From a virus, in IMG/VR virus record IMGVR_UViG_3300036893_000013, positions 48,038 through 112,037 of that record: DNA of 64,000 bases; one strand, given 5' to 3'. Position 1 is the stretch's first letter, and every line of letters begins with the position of its first letter. Of the stretch, positions 10,261 to 19,875 are shown piece after piece. The notes beneath the pieces are model-generated. The model had not been told where the DNA came from. It was given only the letters and a program-made list of their open reading frames with translations, and did not search any database. Both the position numbers and the translations under genes were made by a program.

Positions 10261-13200
10261 TTTAATTGTACCTGTTTGGCGATTAAGTTCCCACTCAGTC
10301 CAATTGGTGGAGGAAGCGGTACTGAGCTAAAGTTAGCTGTAAACGTAGAAGCTTGATTTAAAGAGAATTGAGGACATGGATTTATTGTGCCTACGCAAAC
10401 AGCACTACCTGATGCCCCGGACCACCCTGAAAAAGCATATCCCGGATTAGCCACTGGAGTGCATGGTCCGATCAATGTACCAGAAACATAAGAAGCTGTA
10501 GCACAATTTGTACCTGTAATATATCCGTTCGAAGCTATGGTAGTCAGGGAAACTCCGCTAGTAATTACCCATGTTCCACCTTCAACTGCTGAAGAAGTAT
10601 ATCCGGCTTGACATGCAATTACCCTCATCGTGGTTGTTGTTGAAAATGACTGTGCAGCATACGCAGGACTAGAACAGGTTGGTGCTGAGCCATCTAAAGT
10701 CATGAACATAGAGCAACCAGAAGTTGGAGAAGTCCAACTTACTGAAACAGGAGGAGTAGAGTAAGTGCCTGAATAGTTCGGTGGGTTTTGATAAGGATTC
10801 CCGCAAGTAGAAGTACCTCCCGTAAAAGTTGCAGTTACGGTGGTTGCAGTTGTCAAAACAAACGAAGGACATGGATTTGTTGTTCCACTGCAAGCAGCAT
10901 TGCCAGATACCGTCCATCCTGCAAAGGTTGATCCACCGGTGGCTGTTGCTGTCAAAGGACCTATAGTTGTACCTGATGTATAAGAACCTGTTAAAGAATT
11001 TGTACCAGTAATTGTGCCTGTTCCAGACCCAGAAGTTGAAACAGTTAAACTTACTAATGTACTTCCTCCAATAAGTGGATGTGGATACTGGGCAGGAATA
11101 TATGCAATAGTCCAAGTATTTGTAGAGGTACATTTGAACAACTCACCTTGTCCAAACCCATTGCCACTGCTATTCCAGTTCCCCTGATCTGTCGCCCAGT
11201 ACCCTACGCCTGTAGTGCAGCTAGAGGGCCGATTCGCTAATGCACCAAACCCAACACCGCATGTGTAATTTCCGGACCCTGCGTTACAAGTTGTTGAACC
11301 ATTAAATGGAACTGTTGTTGAAGTTTGTGCTGTTGGACCGGAGAGGCCCCCAGCCTTCCAATCGTCGGTGTAGAAATCACGATTTTGGATGGTCTGTCCA
11401 GCATAATTAGTCCCGAATTGTTGACCTAGAAATGAGGCGGGGGTAATGGTATCATCCCATTCATAAGCAGGATCAAGCACTTCGTTCATCGGCGCGGTTG
11501 GAGTTGGTACTGCCGCTCCTGAAATATAAGCCCCTTGCCCTCTTCCCCACTGATCTTCGCAAACCGTGGCCCGGATGATCTTATAAGTATCTCCGGGATT
11601 GTAAGAGGCCCCGTTGTTGATTTCGGCGTACATCGTCAGGGTGTTGTTAGTGTTGGATGTGATCTGCGCACCGAAGCTTTGCGTTGTATCGTAGAAGAAA
11701 TAAGGTGCGCCATAAGGTGCCCACTGATTAGTTGTCCAACTCTTCGACGTATCGGTAATCGTTGTTGTCCCGCCCCCAGTCAGCGTGCTTGAGACATAAG
11801 TCACATTGTCCACGGTATCGCCGGGATCGATTGAGGTCAATCCACCGCATGTTCCGAAAAAGGGGTTAGCTAGAGCAATACGGTAGGTCGTACCGTCCAT
11901 GATCTGGTTAAAGTAAGCTCCACCTGAACTAATACCGGTATTACCAAATGCAATCCCTGTACCACCCCTGAATGAGACAACAGCATCACCGCAATTTAAG
12001 GTACAAGTAAGCACATTTCCGTATGTTTCTGTATGTCTTCCAGACCTCGGTCTGCCAGTCGAATCTGTTCCGTGAACGGCTGTATAAGCAAAAGCGTTGT
12101 AACCTATCGAATGATTAAAGCGATTTACGACTCGGCATCCACCACTTTGGTTAACTGTGATACCAGCTTCGGTGCAATCATTGAATGTGGAACCATTTAA
12201 ATTAACCTGATTATTTTCTGCAAACCAGTTAGTCAATCCGCCGAAACTATCTGGTTGTGCCCATGAGTTATCGCCAAACTGTCCCACCCCGAGATAGGAG
12301 GACATCTGTGCGGTGTAAAGATGGTTTGAAAGACTACCTGTTGGGAGGGTGGAGTGATCTACAACTCCAATGGCATCATCCACTCGGATCATGTCCACTG
12401 TGTTATCGCCGTTGCCGGATTCAGTCCACTGCGTTGAAATGCCAAAACCGATGTTATCAACACGCACTTGAGGAAATCCGGCAGAAGTGGATGTTCCCTC
12501 GATAAATACCACTCCACCCAAACTCGTAGAACCGTTGATTGGGTCCAGATTCATACTCTCAAGTTTCGTTACATTACTAGTTCCATTATATGTAGGCTGA
12601 AGGAACCAGATAGGACCACTCGGATTGTTGGATTTTATCGTTAGAGTATTAGAACCTGATCCAAATGTTGATGTGCCTGTATTAGCACCTGCGTTTGGAC
12701 CAGTAATATCAATTGAAGCTGTTACTACTACATCAGTTGTCCACGTACAGGTGCCCGCAGGAATTGAAATAATATCTCCATTACAAGCAATATGGGCCGG
12801 TCCATTGATAGCTGAGTTGACATCGGATTGGTTGCAAGATGCAGCCGTGTAATTACCACATCCTGTAGAAGTACCGCTGGCACTGAGAGTTGCATTTGAA
12901 CTTAGTGTGCAGGAAGCTGTCCCCGTTCCTGAAACCCCGCTACAAGACCCAGTACCAGACCACCCAGAACTGAACGTATACCCAGCACTTGGCGTAAACG
13001 TGCATGGTCCAATAGAAGTTCCTGAAGCATATGTTCCAGTTGCACAATTAGCACCCGAAATTGTACCGTTGGTTGCGGTTACCACCAATGAATAATTAGT
13101 AGGTGTAGAGCCAGTACTTACAAAAGTAGTGATGCTTTGTGCAGGTATCGTGTAGGTGAATGACTGACTTGAAACGGTTATATTTGCCAACTGCTGAATA

Positions 13201-14474
13201 CTTTGAGTTGCAGAAGTAATGGTTGGCGTAAGAGTCGTGAACGTCGGGGCGTTCGTGATGTTGAAAACTTGGGAGAGCGAGGACCCGGTGTAGTTAGTCG
13301 CGATGATGACCAGTGTGTTTGAAGAAGTTTGTTGATACGCTGAAACTGTAACTCCGCTTTGCGGGTTGTGCGTAGCACTAATACGGTAGTAGCCGGGTCG
13401 AACGAATTTGCTGTACTGTGCTAATACGTAAGCCCTATCTGCAACCGCATATCCGCTTGCAGCATTGGCTATAAGCGAGCCGTTGCTTGTTGTTCCTGCC
13501 CCTCCAGCCTGATTGAAGTCGATTAGCTGCCAGAAAAGCCACATGTTAGCTCCATCTTGCATCCGCTGATCGATGATCGCACCCCAACACAAACCGTCTG
13601 AAATCGTGGCGGTGAAGCTTGAATACGAACCGCACGCCGGACCATAGCTGGGACCTTGTGATGCTTCTGTTTCCCACCATTTCTTTCCGCTTGCCCAACC
13701 CGCAGGATAAGTGGCAGGACTTACTGGAGGTACTCCACCAGAAAGAAAAGCATCGTAATCGTGCCAATCTGCGACTCCAAGATAAGTCGTGCAGGAGGGG
13801 TCTGTACCGCAAGTTCCACCACTCGATGATACCGCACTGTACTGGTAAGAAGTGGGCATGAGGATTAGTGCCGGGATGCTTTGGGAAGCGAAGGTCGGTC
13901 CTAGATTAGTTTTGATAAAAGTATCGATGTTTCCCGAAGACCATAAGGCACTGTCATACGTCTCGCATTCTTCAGGCTCGTTTTGGACTCCCATTCCGTA
14001 TAACTGAATACCATAGTAGGTCGAGAGGCTTTTGTAGAAGTTTGCGCCCCAGATTGCGTAGTCGCCGTAATGTCCAGATGCAAGTGCTCCTGAACCGGGA
14101 TTACATATTGTGCTGTTATTGGTGGTATATATGGCGGGCGGGGACCAAGGATGAGAGATAATTCTCACGTTTTGAGATGCAGCGTACTGCAAGTCGGCAA
14201 TTACAGATCCAGCGCATCCAGAATTAACAGTCGTACAACTTTGGCCGGGACCATCCTGATGGCCATTAGTCTGCCCTATCCGCAAAACTGACAAACCGAG
14301 TTGCCCTGTTCCATTTCCGAAGAAAAATTGCTGGTGTGCATTAGACATGGAAGTAGTCCAGCCTTCGTTCGAACCACCGAAGCCATCGATTATCTGGGCT
14401 GGGGCAGTCCAGTTGATGGTGGCCTGTCCAGCAAGCGAGAGCGGAAAGAGCAGCAGAAGTATAAGTCTTTTCAT
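10257..14474 (-). CDS. Secreted multidomain GH30 glycoside hydrolase + beta-helix + InlB-B-like repeats + chitobiase-C domain
   Basis: Start moved to ATG 14474 (MKRLILLLLFPLSLAG|Q); QIIDGFGG, PWSPPA, QNEPE (acid/base), WETE (nucleophile), YSKFVRPG; second domain GDIISIPAGTCTW; GYxFSGW repeats. Confidence 0.8.
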   Translation of the reverse strand: MKRLILLLLFPLSLAGQATINWTAPAQIIDGFGGSNEGWTTSMSNAHQQFFFGNGTGQLGLSVLRIGQTNGHQDGPGQSCTTVNSGCAGSVIADLQYAASQNVRIISHPWSPPAIYTTNNSTICNPGSGALASGHYGDYAIWGANFYKSLSTYYGIQLYGMGVQNEPEECETYDSALWSSGNIDTFIKTNLGPTFASQSIPALILMPTSYQYSAVSSSGGTCGTDPSCTTYLGVADWHDYDAFLSGGVPPVSPATYPAGWASGKKWWETEASQGPSYGPACGSYSSFTATISDGLCWGAIIDQRMQDGANMWLFWQLIDFNQAGGAGTTSNGSLIANAASGYAVADRAYVLAQYSKFVRPGYYRISATHNPQSGVTVSAYQQTSSNTLVIIATNYTGSSLSQVFNITNAPTFTTLTPTITSATQSIQQLANITVSSQSFTYTIPAQSITTFVSTGSTPTNYSLVVTATNGTISGANCATGTYASGTSIGPCTFTPSAGYTFSSGWSGTGSCSGVSGTGTASCTLSSNATLSASGTSTGCGNYTAASCNQSDVNSAINGPAHIACNGDIISIPAGTCTWTTDVVVTASIDITGPNAGANTGTSTFGSGSNTLTIKSNNPSGPIWFLQPTYNGTSNVTKLESMNLDPINGSTSLGGVVFIEGTSTSAGFPQVRVDNIGFGISTQWTESGNGDNTVDMIRVDDAIGVVDHSTLPTGSLSNHLYTAQMSSYLGVGQFGDNSWAQPDSFGGLTNWFAENNQVNLNGSTFNDCTEAGITVNQSGGCRVVNRFNHSIGYNAFAYTAVHGTDSTGRPRSGRHTETYGNVLTCTLNCGDAVVSFRGGTGIAFGNTGISSGGAYFNQIMDGTTYRIALANPFFGTCGGLTSIDPGDTVDNVTYVSSTLTGGGTTTITDTSKSWTTNQWAPYGAPYFFYDTTQSFGAQITSNTNNTLTMYAEINNGASYNPGDTYKIIRATVCEDQWGRGQGAYISGAAVPTPTAPMNEVLDPAYEWDDTITPASFLGQQFGTNYAGQTIQNRDFYTDDWKAGGLSGPTAQTSTTVPFNGSTTCNAGSGNYTCGVGFGALANRPSSCTTGVGYWATDQGNWNSSGNGFGQGELFKCTSTNTWTIAYIPAQYPHPLIGGSTLVSLTVSTSGSGTGTITGTNSLTGSYTSGTTIGPLTATATGGSTFAGWTVSGNAACSGTTNPCPSFVLTTATTVTATFTGGTSTCGNPYQNPPNYSGTYSTPPVSVSWTSPTSGCSMFMTLDGSAPTCSSPAYAAQSFSTTTTMRVIACQAGYTSSAVEGGTWVITSGVSLTTIASNGYITGTNCATASYVSGTLIGPCTPVANPGYAFSGWSGASGSAVCVGTINPCPQFSLNQASTFTANFSSVPLPPPIGLSGNLIAKQVQLK

Positions 14475-16504
14475 TATTGTAAAGCCACACTCACGTTGAT
14501 GAAATTTTCCGTGGTCCCAGTCGTCCATGTTGGGGTATAGAGTCCCGCTGATGCCTGCGTATAATGACCTCCCGCTTGGGTGGCTCCTGCCGAATTGGTT
14601 GCGTTTATATCGAACGAAAAAGGAGATGGAGCACTAAGAGCTACCCCAGCCCCTATTCCAATGAACGTGAGGACTAGAGAATTTGCTGCGGTAGTAGTAA
14701 GGGAAGAACCTGTACAACTGGACGAGCAGGAGGCCGTGCCGTAACTGGACAGCACGATCCCTGTTGTCGTGGCATTTGATATCTGTTCTAAGACTCCACC
14801 CATCCCAGCATAAGAAGTTGAGGTTCCTGATACTGTGACCGTACAAGAACCGGTGACATTTGCAACCCCTGTCCAGATTGACTGGCCCGAGGACCCGGTG
14901 GTTGGTGAACCCTGTGCAGTCCAAGTGGGTACACAACCTGAAGGCGTGTTCCATGCTGTAACGTTAATTCCAAGACCCCAAAGTACCAGCGTATTTCCAG
15001 TCGTGATTGATAATGTGACCGTGCTAGACGGATTTACACTGTAGGCTCCTACCACACCAGCAGCAGATACAAAAGTCGGATTACCGCCCCCTCCACCTGA
15101 TCCTCCACCAAGCACAATCCAAGTTCCGGAAGACCCATTACAAGCAACGAAAGCAAAATTTGATCCGCCACTAACATAAGTAGCACCAGAAATAGCGGAT
15201 GTTGAATCTGTAACTGTTGCGGTGGGCCAAGGTTGAGACATGCTACTGCTACAAGTAGGAATAGGATTTGATGAGGCATTGCCAGCGGTGTATGATATGA
15301 CACCGGGACCTGTACCAGCTATAACTACAGGAACATGGGCAGTCAGATCACCACTGTTGGTAATATTGTAATCGAAGGGTAGATATGAAGTGGCTGTTGT
15401 AGCTGTAGCCGCCATAACTCCATACCCGGCAATTTGGCCGGTAATAGAACCTGCGGGAGTACACCACGTACCGTTACCACACCAGACAGTTGAACCAGAG
15501 GCTCCGGTTCCCCCATTAAAATTAGCTATTTGTAGATTTCCTGTAACTCCACCAGCACCCGTCCCAGCTAGGTTAATTGCGGGAATAACCGAGGAGTTCA
15601 ACAATCCACTTGAAAGCTGTGGAATGTCTGAGCCTGAATTACCGACAGTATAACTTGTTCCCCACCCAGAACCAGTTGAGTTTGCAAGTCCGGCCCCGGG
15701 GTAGGTTGAAGAGGCGCAAGAAGAACAAGAAATACTAATACCTAAAGCAGTGGTGGTAATAGAAAGGGGAGAGTTGGCAGTAATATTTGTGCCTATATAG
15801 CTACCCAGATCATATAGTTGAGGAGCTATTAGACTTCCGGTAGGTTCTTCTCCTAGAAAATAAGCATGTCCAGTAGTGGTCTGGCCCGATACATAGGATG
15901 TAGTGTTAGCGCTGGACTGATAAGGAATAGAGCCTAAACTACCCCCAGCTAGTCCTCCGGCATATCCAGTGGTATTAGCACCATTGTTAGGGATATCTCC
16001 TGAAACTAAAGCTCCATAATTAGGAACACCGGCAGACCCAGTATGATTTCCCCATATATAATGAGCAGAAGTACTACCTAAAGAGAGGGTAACTCCTCCG
16101 ACAGAATCATTATTAGTGTAAAAACTTCCATCGCCGGAAACCGAACTAACTCCGGAACCAGAACCCCCTCCAGTATTACCAATCTGAACAATGGTATTGT
16201 TGCATTGACTATATGAAGAACAAACTTTCTCAACCACTCTTGTTCCGGTCTGAACGTAGTAACTATATACTCCGAATGCATTAGCAGGAAAAGGTTGAGT
16301 TAAAGGAGCGGTAAGTGCCTGATCAGAATAAACTGTTTGCGGTGTAGAACATTGTGCCAGCGAATTATATGTACAAACTGATATCTGAGCATTTGGGATA
16401 ATAGTAGCATAGTTACCGCCAGATTTGGTTATAGCAGTATTCCATCTCTGGGCAGACTGGCCTAGAAGCATGGTAGGAAATAATAGCAGCAATAAGTATT
16501 TCAT
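14474..16504 (-). CDS. Signal-peptide-bearing tail fibre/spike-like protein
   Basis: MKYLLLLLFPTMLLG|QSAQRW; N-terminal IPNAQISVC..YSDQALT..QP..ANAFGVYSYY domain shared with next gene; fibre motifs GSIPYQS, GVTGNL..NGGTGAS. Confidence 0.65.
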   Translation of the reverse strand: MKYLLLLLFPTMLLGQSAQRWNTAITKSGGNYATIIPNAQISVCTYNSLAQCSTPQTVYSDQALTAPLTQPFPANAFGVYSYYVQTGTRVVEKVCSSYSQCNNTIVQIGNTGGGSGSGVSSVSGDGSFYTNNDSVGGVTLSLGSTSAHYIWGNHTGSAGVPNYGALVSGDIPNNGANTTGYAGGLAGGSLGSIPYQSSANTTSYVSGQTTTGHAYFLGEEPTGSLIAPQLYDLGSYIGTNITANSPLSITTTALGISISCSSCASSTYPGAGLANSTGSGWGTSYTVGNSGSDIPQLSSGLLNSSVIPAINLAGTGAGGVTGNLQIANFNGGTGASGSTVWCGNGTWCTPAGSITGQIAGYGVMAATATTATSYLPFDYNITNSGDLTAHVPVVIAGTGPGVISYTAGNASSNPIPTCSSSMSQPWPTATVTDSTSAISGATYVSGGSNFAFVACNGSSGTWIVLGGGSGGGGGNPTFVSAAGVVGAYSVNPSSTVTLSITTGNTLVLWGLGINVTAWNTPSGCVPTWTAQGSPTTGSSGQSIWTGVANVTGSCTVTVSGTSTSYAGMGGVLEQISNATTTGIVLSSYGTASCSSSCTGSSLTTTAANSLVLTFIGIGAGVALSAPSPFSFDINATNSAGATQAGGHYTQASAGLYTPTWTTGTTENFINVSVALQ

Positions 16505-18309
16505 TAGTTTCCTAGATACTCCAGCTTATAGTGAACATCGTAACTTATGGTTCCGCTGGCCGTTACTAACGGAGTAATAGTAGTATTTACGGCTGCGTAG
16601 AAGACGGCACTGTACTGGTCCCACGCAGGAGCACTGGACCAGATATCGTTCCAAGTAAAGGTGTTGCCCGAAGTATGGGCATTTTGATAAGTAACTGTTA
16701 AAGTAGTATGGGGCGAACTAGTTTCACTAACCGCATTTACATAATATGTAAACCGATACATACCTGCTACGGGGGTGGCGTAGCCGGAGGGAGCATAAGT
16801 AGTTGTCTGAGCGGTAGCAGATAAAGATTGCACTATAGAAGAACTTGTGTATTGACTTATTGGAAAACCAACATAACTGCTGCCGTTCCAATAACATAGA
16901 TTTATTTGATTTGAGAAGGTTCCACCACCAACACTGCAATCAGTTGGAGTTTGACCGTCTGATACGAAACTTACCGATTGGTAAGCTGATCCCGGATTTG
17001 GTAGTCCCGCTATGTTTGTAATATAATTTAGGTTCGGCCAGTTAGGACTTATACCTAATGTATTTAGTGTAGAATTGTAATATAATGGGGGTTGAACTAG
17101 TAAATTTGAACTGCTTGGGGGAGCAGTTCCTGTATAATGAACTTCAAGACCCATTAGGGGAATATATATACTGCCCTGTCCATTACAGCAGCGGGAGGCA
17201 TTCATTTGAATAGCTGAATAGTTTGTAGGTAGGGCACTAAAAGCAACAGAAACTTGCCCCAACGGATAGTCTAGAGCAGGCTGTGAAGCTCCATTAACTC
17301 CTTGAAGCATAGAAGCTCCACCGGGGATGGTTCCGCCACCAGCACTATTTACCCACATACCCTCGAATTCGGAGTTTGCCATGCTAGAGGCTGATATCAT
17401 AAAAGCATATACAGCCGTTATGTTAGATTGAGTAACATAAGAAGGTAATGTAAAATTCGATACCGTAATACCAGAACTCCCTGTACCGTCTACAAGTCCT
17501 CCAAAATATTGTCCAGCAGCATTCTGATAGCAAATAGGATTCGCACCTATACCAGTGTTGGTAATTGTACAACTTGTTCCAAATACTAGCACGTACTGGC
17601 CTGTACCTTGTGGTACATATTGGGTAGCTAAGTTGGAAGCTGCTACATATGCACTTAAATCTCCTCCACTATCGCTTTGGAAAGTTACAGCTACATTTCC
17701 TGTTGGAGGGGTTGGGGTAGTATCATTAAAGTTCAGCAGGACTTGATCTGTAAGATTGGTTCCATTATGCTGTAAAACAAGTTGTTTAGCGCACCCGGAA
17801 GTAGTAGCTCCTCCTAAAGAATCTATACAGAGAAGAGAACCAGAAGAACCTATAGTCCCAGATGAGAGTAGTTTACTGTCAGTTCCTTGAACACTATAGC
17901 TACTTCCCCAAGCTGTACCTGTAGAAACGGGAACTCCCGCTGGGGGATAGACCATACTTCCATTTCCGGTATTGCCTATATAAACATCGTAAAAACTACA
18001 TTGATTATATGGCGCACATACTTGCTCAACTACATGAGTTCCGCCATCGACATAATAGCTATATACCCCTACTCCATTTGCAGTAAGAGGTTGAGTAATT
18101 CCTTGGGTCAAAGCCGGGTCAGAATATATAGAAATTTGACTTATACAATTAAGAGAAGAGTTCCATTCACAAACTGTAATTTCTGCGTTGGGAATAACAG
18201 TAGAAAAATTACTGCCTGAAGCAGGTACCGTTGCTGTACTCCATCTCTGGGCAGACTGACAAATTCCGGAAAGTGGAAAAAGTAGAAACAACAGCAAAAG
18301 CTTATTCAT
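16504..18309 (-). CDS. Signal-peptide-bearing tail fibre/spike-like protein (N-terminal paralog of 14474-16504)
   Basis: MNKLLLLFLLFPLSGIC|QSAQRW; IPNAEITVC..YSDPALT..QPLTANGVGVYSYY. Confidence 0.65.
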   Translation of the reverse strand: MNKLLLLFLLFPLSGICQSAQRWSTATVPASGSNFSTVIPNAEITVCEWNSSLNCISQISIYSDPALTQGITQPLTANGVGVYSYYVDGGTHVVEQVCAPYNQCSFYDVYIGNTGNGSMVYPPAGVPVSTGTAWGSSYSVQGTDSKLLSSGTIGSSGSLLCIDSLGGATTSGCAKQLVLQHNGTNLTDQVLLNFNDTTPTPPTGNVAVTFQSDSGGDLSAYVAASNLATQYVPQGTGQYVLVFGTSCTITNTGIGANPICYQNAAGQYFGGLVDGTGSSGITVSNFTLPSYVTQSNITAVYAFMISASSMANSEFEGMWVNSAGGGTIPGGASMLQGVNGASQPALDYPLGQVSVAFSALPTNYSAIQMNASRCCNGQGSIYIPLMGLEVHYTGTAPPSSSNLLVQPPLYYNSTLNTLGISPNWPNLNYITNIAGLPNPGSAYQSVSFVSDGQTPTDCSVGGGTFSNQINLCYWNGSSYVGFPISQYTSSSIVQSLSATAQTTTYAPSGYATPVAGMYRFTYYVNAVSETSSPHTTLTVTYQNAHTSGNTFTWNDIWSSAPAWDQYSAVFYAAVNTTITPLVTASGTISYDVHYKLEYLGN

Positions 18310-18601
18310 TCTTTTTACCCTTAAGGATGTTTAATATATCAGTAATACTGCCCGATGCCCTGTTAACTCCATAAGGAGCAGTAAAGAAAAGAACCAGCGC
18401 AGAAATTATTAAAGGAATTGCCGCTAACCATGAGTTGAGTATAACCACATCCGTGATTTTTATTATGTGATCAAATACTTCTATAAGGATATAAGATGAA
18501 ACTATAGCAAGAATTGTACTTAGGACACGACTACTCGATCCATTTCCGTTATCTGAATACACAGATTGGAAAAAAGCACAGAATTTACTTAGAAAGTTCA
18601 T
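18302..18601 (-). CDS. Putative holin
   Basis: 99 aa, two hydrophobic helices after SSSRV motif, basic C-terminus. Confidence 0.5.
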   Translation of the reverse strand: MNFLSKFCAFFQSVYSDNGNGSSSRVLSTILAIVSSYILIEVFDHIIKITDVVILNSWLAAIPLIISALVLFFTAPYGVNRASGSITDILNILKGKKNE

Positions 18602-18609
18602 AAATTTCC

Positions 18610-19875
18610 TTACGGTAGCGTGACTGTTTGCGCGGGAATGGTAACTGTAATGGGACTTCCGCTCGTCTGAATTGTCAGTGTTTGGGCTGGAATACTTAAA
18701 CTGGCGGGTAGGGTTACTGGAATGTTGATCGTGTAGGACACTATCGAGGTTGATGATTCGGTGTCGCCGGGTGCCGTTGCATAAGCTGCGATGCTTTCGT
18801 TCTGACCTACTGTAAGCGGCTTGGTATAGATCGTCTCTGCTGCGCCGTTGACACTGTAATAGATGGTTGCGCCGGGAGTTGTGTCCGAAATAGTGACTGT
18901 TTGTGCCAAAGTGTAAGTGCCCGGTCCCGGTAAAAAAGTCGGTGTATCAACCGTTGGTGCAGGGGCTGCAACAGAACCCGTTGTATAACTGAATTGACGG
19001 ATGACAAGAGGGGTAACGGCTCCGTAAGGAGTATCCGAAGTGCCTGCTGTTAATCCGGCATAAGCTGTACTTCCACCTACCAACGAAGGAATGTTTACGT
19101 TGGACCAAGTGTACGTAAAACATCCAGACCCGGGGCACGATCCACCAGCACTTACATCGTAGAGATTAAGCGTTACATTTGAGCCGTCGTAGCTAATAGT
19201 TGCTGAATAGGTGTCCCCTGTACTTGTATCACTTGAGGATACAGGAGAATTCAAAGAAACAGGAGCGGTGCTGATTTTGCTTAGAGCGTAATCAGTAGAG
19301 ACTGGAGCGGGGATACACGGCGATTGATTACTTGAGTAGATTTGTGTGCTACTGTGACTAAACACAAAAGGATACGGAGCACTTGCTGATAGGGTGCTGG
19401 CAGAGTCTAGTTCAAGAGCAAATACATTATTTGGCTCTGGGTTAGGTGGTGTTTCCTGATATCCGAATGCCTGATAAAATCCCGCTTCGCATCCTGCTCC
19501 AGCCGTGAAGGTTCCACCCTCTGCTGAATTTGTACCCGGCTGATTATTCGTGTTATTCAGAAGAAAAGCCACGTTAGCCCCATCTGGAATAAACTCAAAG
19601 CTGGCAACGAAATTGTTGACAGGTAGGGGTTTCTGGTATATAAGTGAAGTCGATCCATGACCAGACGGCAGTCCAACCATAGTCAAAGCTGATCCAGATA
19701 TACCTGAATTGTTCTGTGGTGAATTTAGATAGAAGGGAAAGTTTCCAAACCCACCTTGTACACTAACAGCACAAACTGCTGCGGGGACTGTATTAAAGCC
19801 AGAACAATTAAACCCGGTCTGACCATACACATACACAGGAAGAGATAGTATAAAAAGTAGTATAAAATTTTTCAT
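18610..19875 (-). CDS. Secreted L-type lectin + chitobiase/Fn3-associated domain protein
   Basis: MKNFILLFILSLPVYVYG|Q; AGAGCEAGFYQAF, NNVFALELD shared with 3630-4847; TPTFLPGPGTYTLAQTVTISDTTPGATIYY. Confidence 0.75.
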   Translation of the reverse strand: MKNFILLFILSLPVYVYGQTGFNCSGFNTVPAAVCAVSVQGGFGNFPFYLNSPQNNSGISGSALTMVGLPSGHGSTSLIYQKPLPVNNFVASFEFIPDGANVAFLLNNTNNQPGTNSAEGGTFTAGAGCEAGFYQAFGYQETPPNPEPNNVFALELDSASTLSASAPYPFVFSHSSTQIYSSNQSPCIPAPVSTDYALSKISTAPVSLNSPVSSSDTSTGDTYSATISYDGSNVTLNLYDVSAGGSCPGSGCFTYTWSNVNIPSLVGGSTAYAGLTAGTSDTPYGAVTPLVIRQFSYTTGSVAAPAPTVDTPTFLPGPGTYTLAQTVTISDTTPGATIYYSVNGAAETIYTKPLTVGQNESIAAYATAPGDTESSTSIVSYTINIPVTLPASLSIPAQTLTIQTSGSPITVTIPAQTVTLP

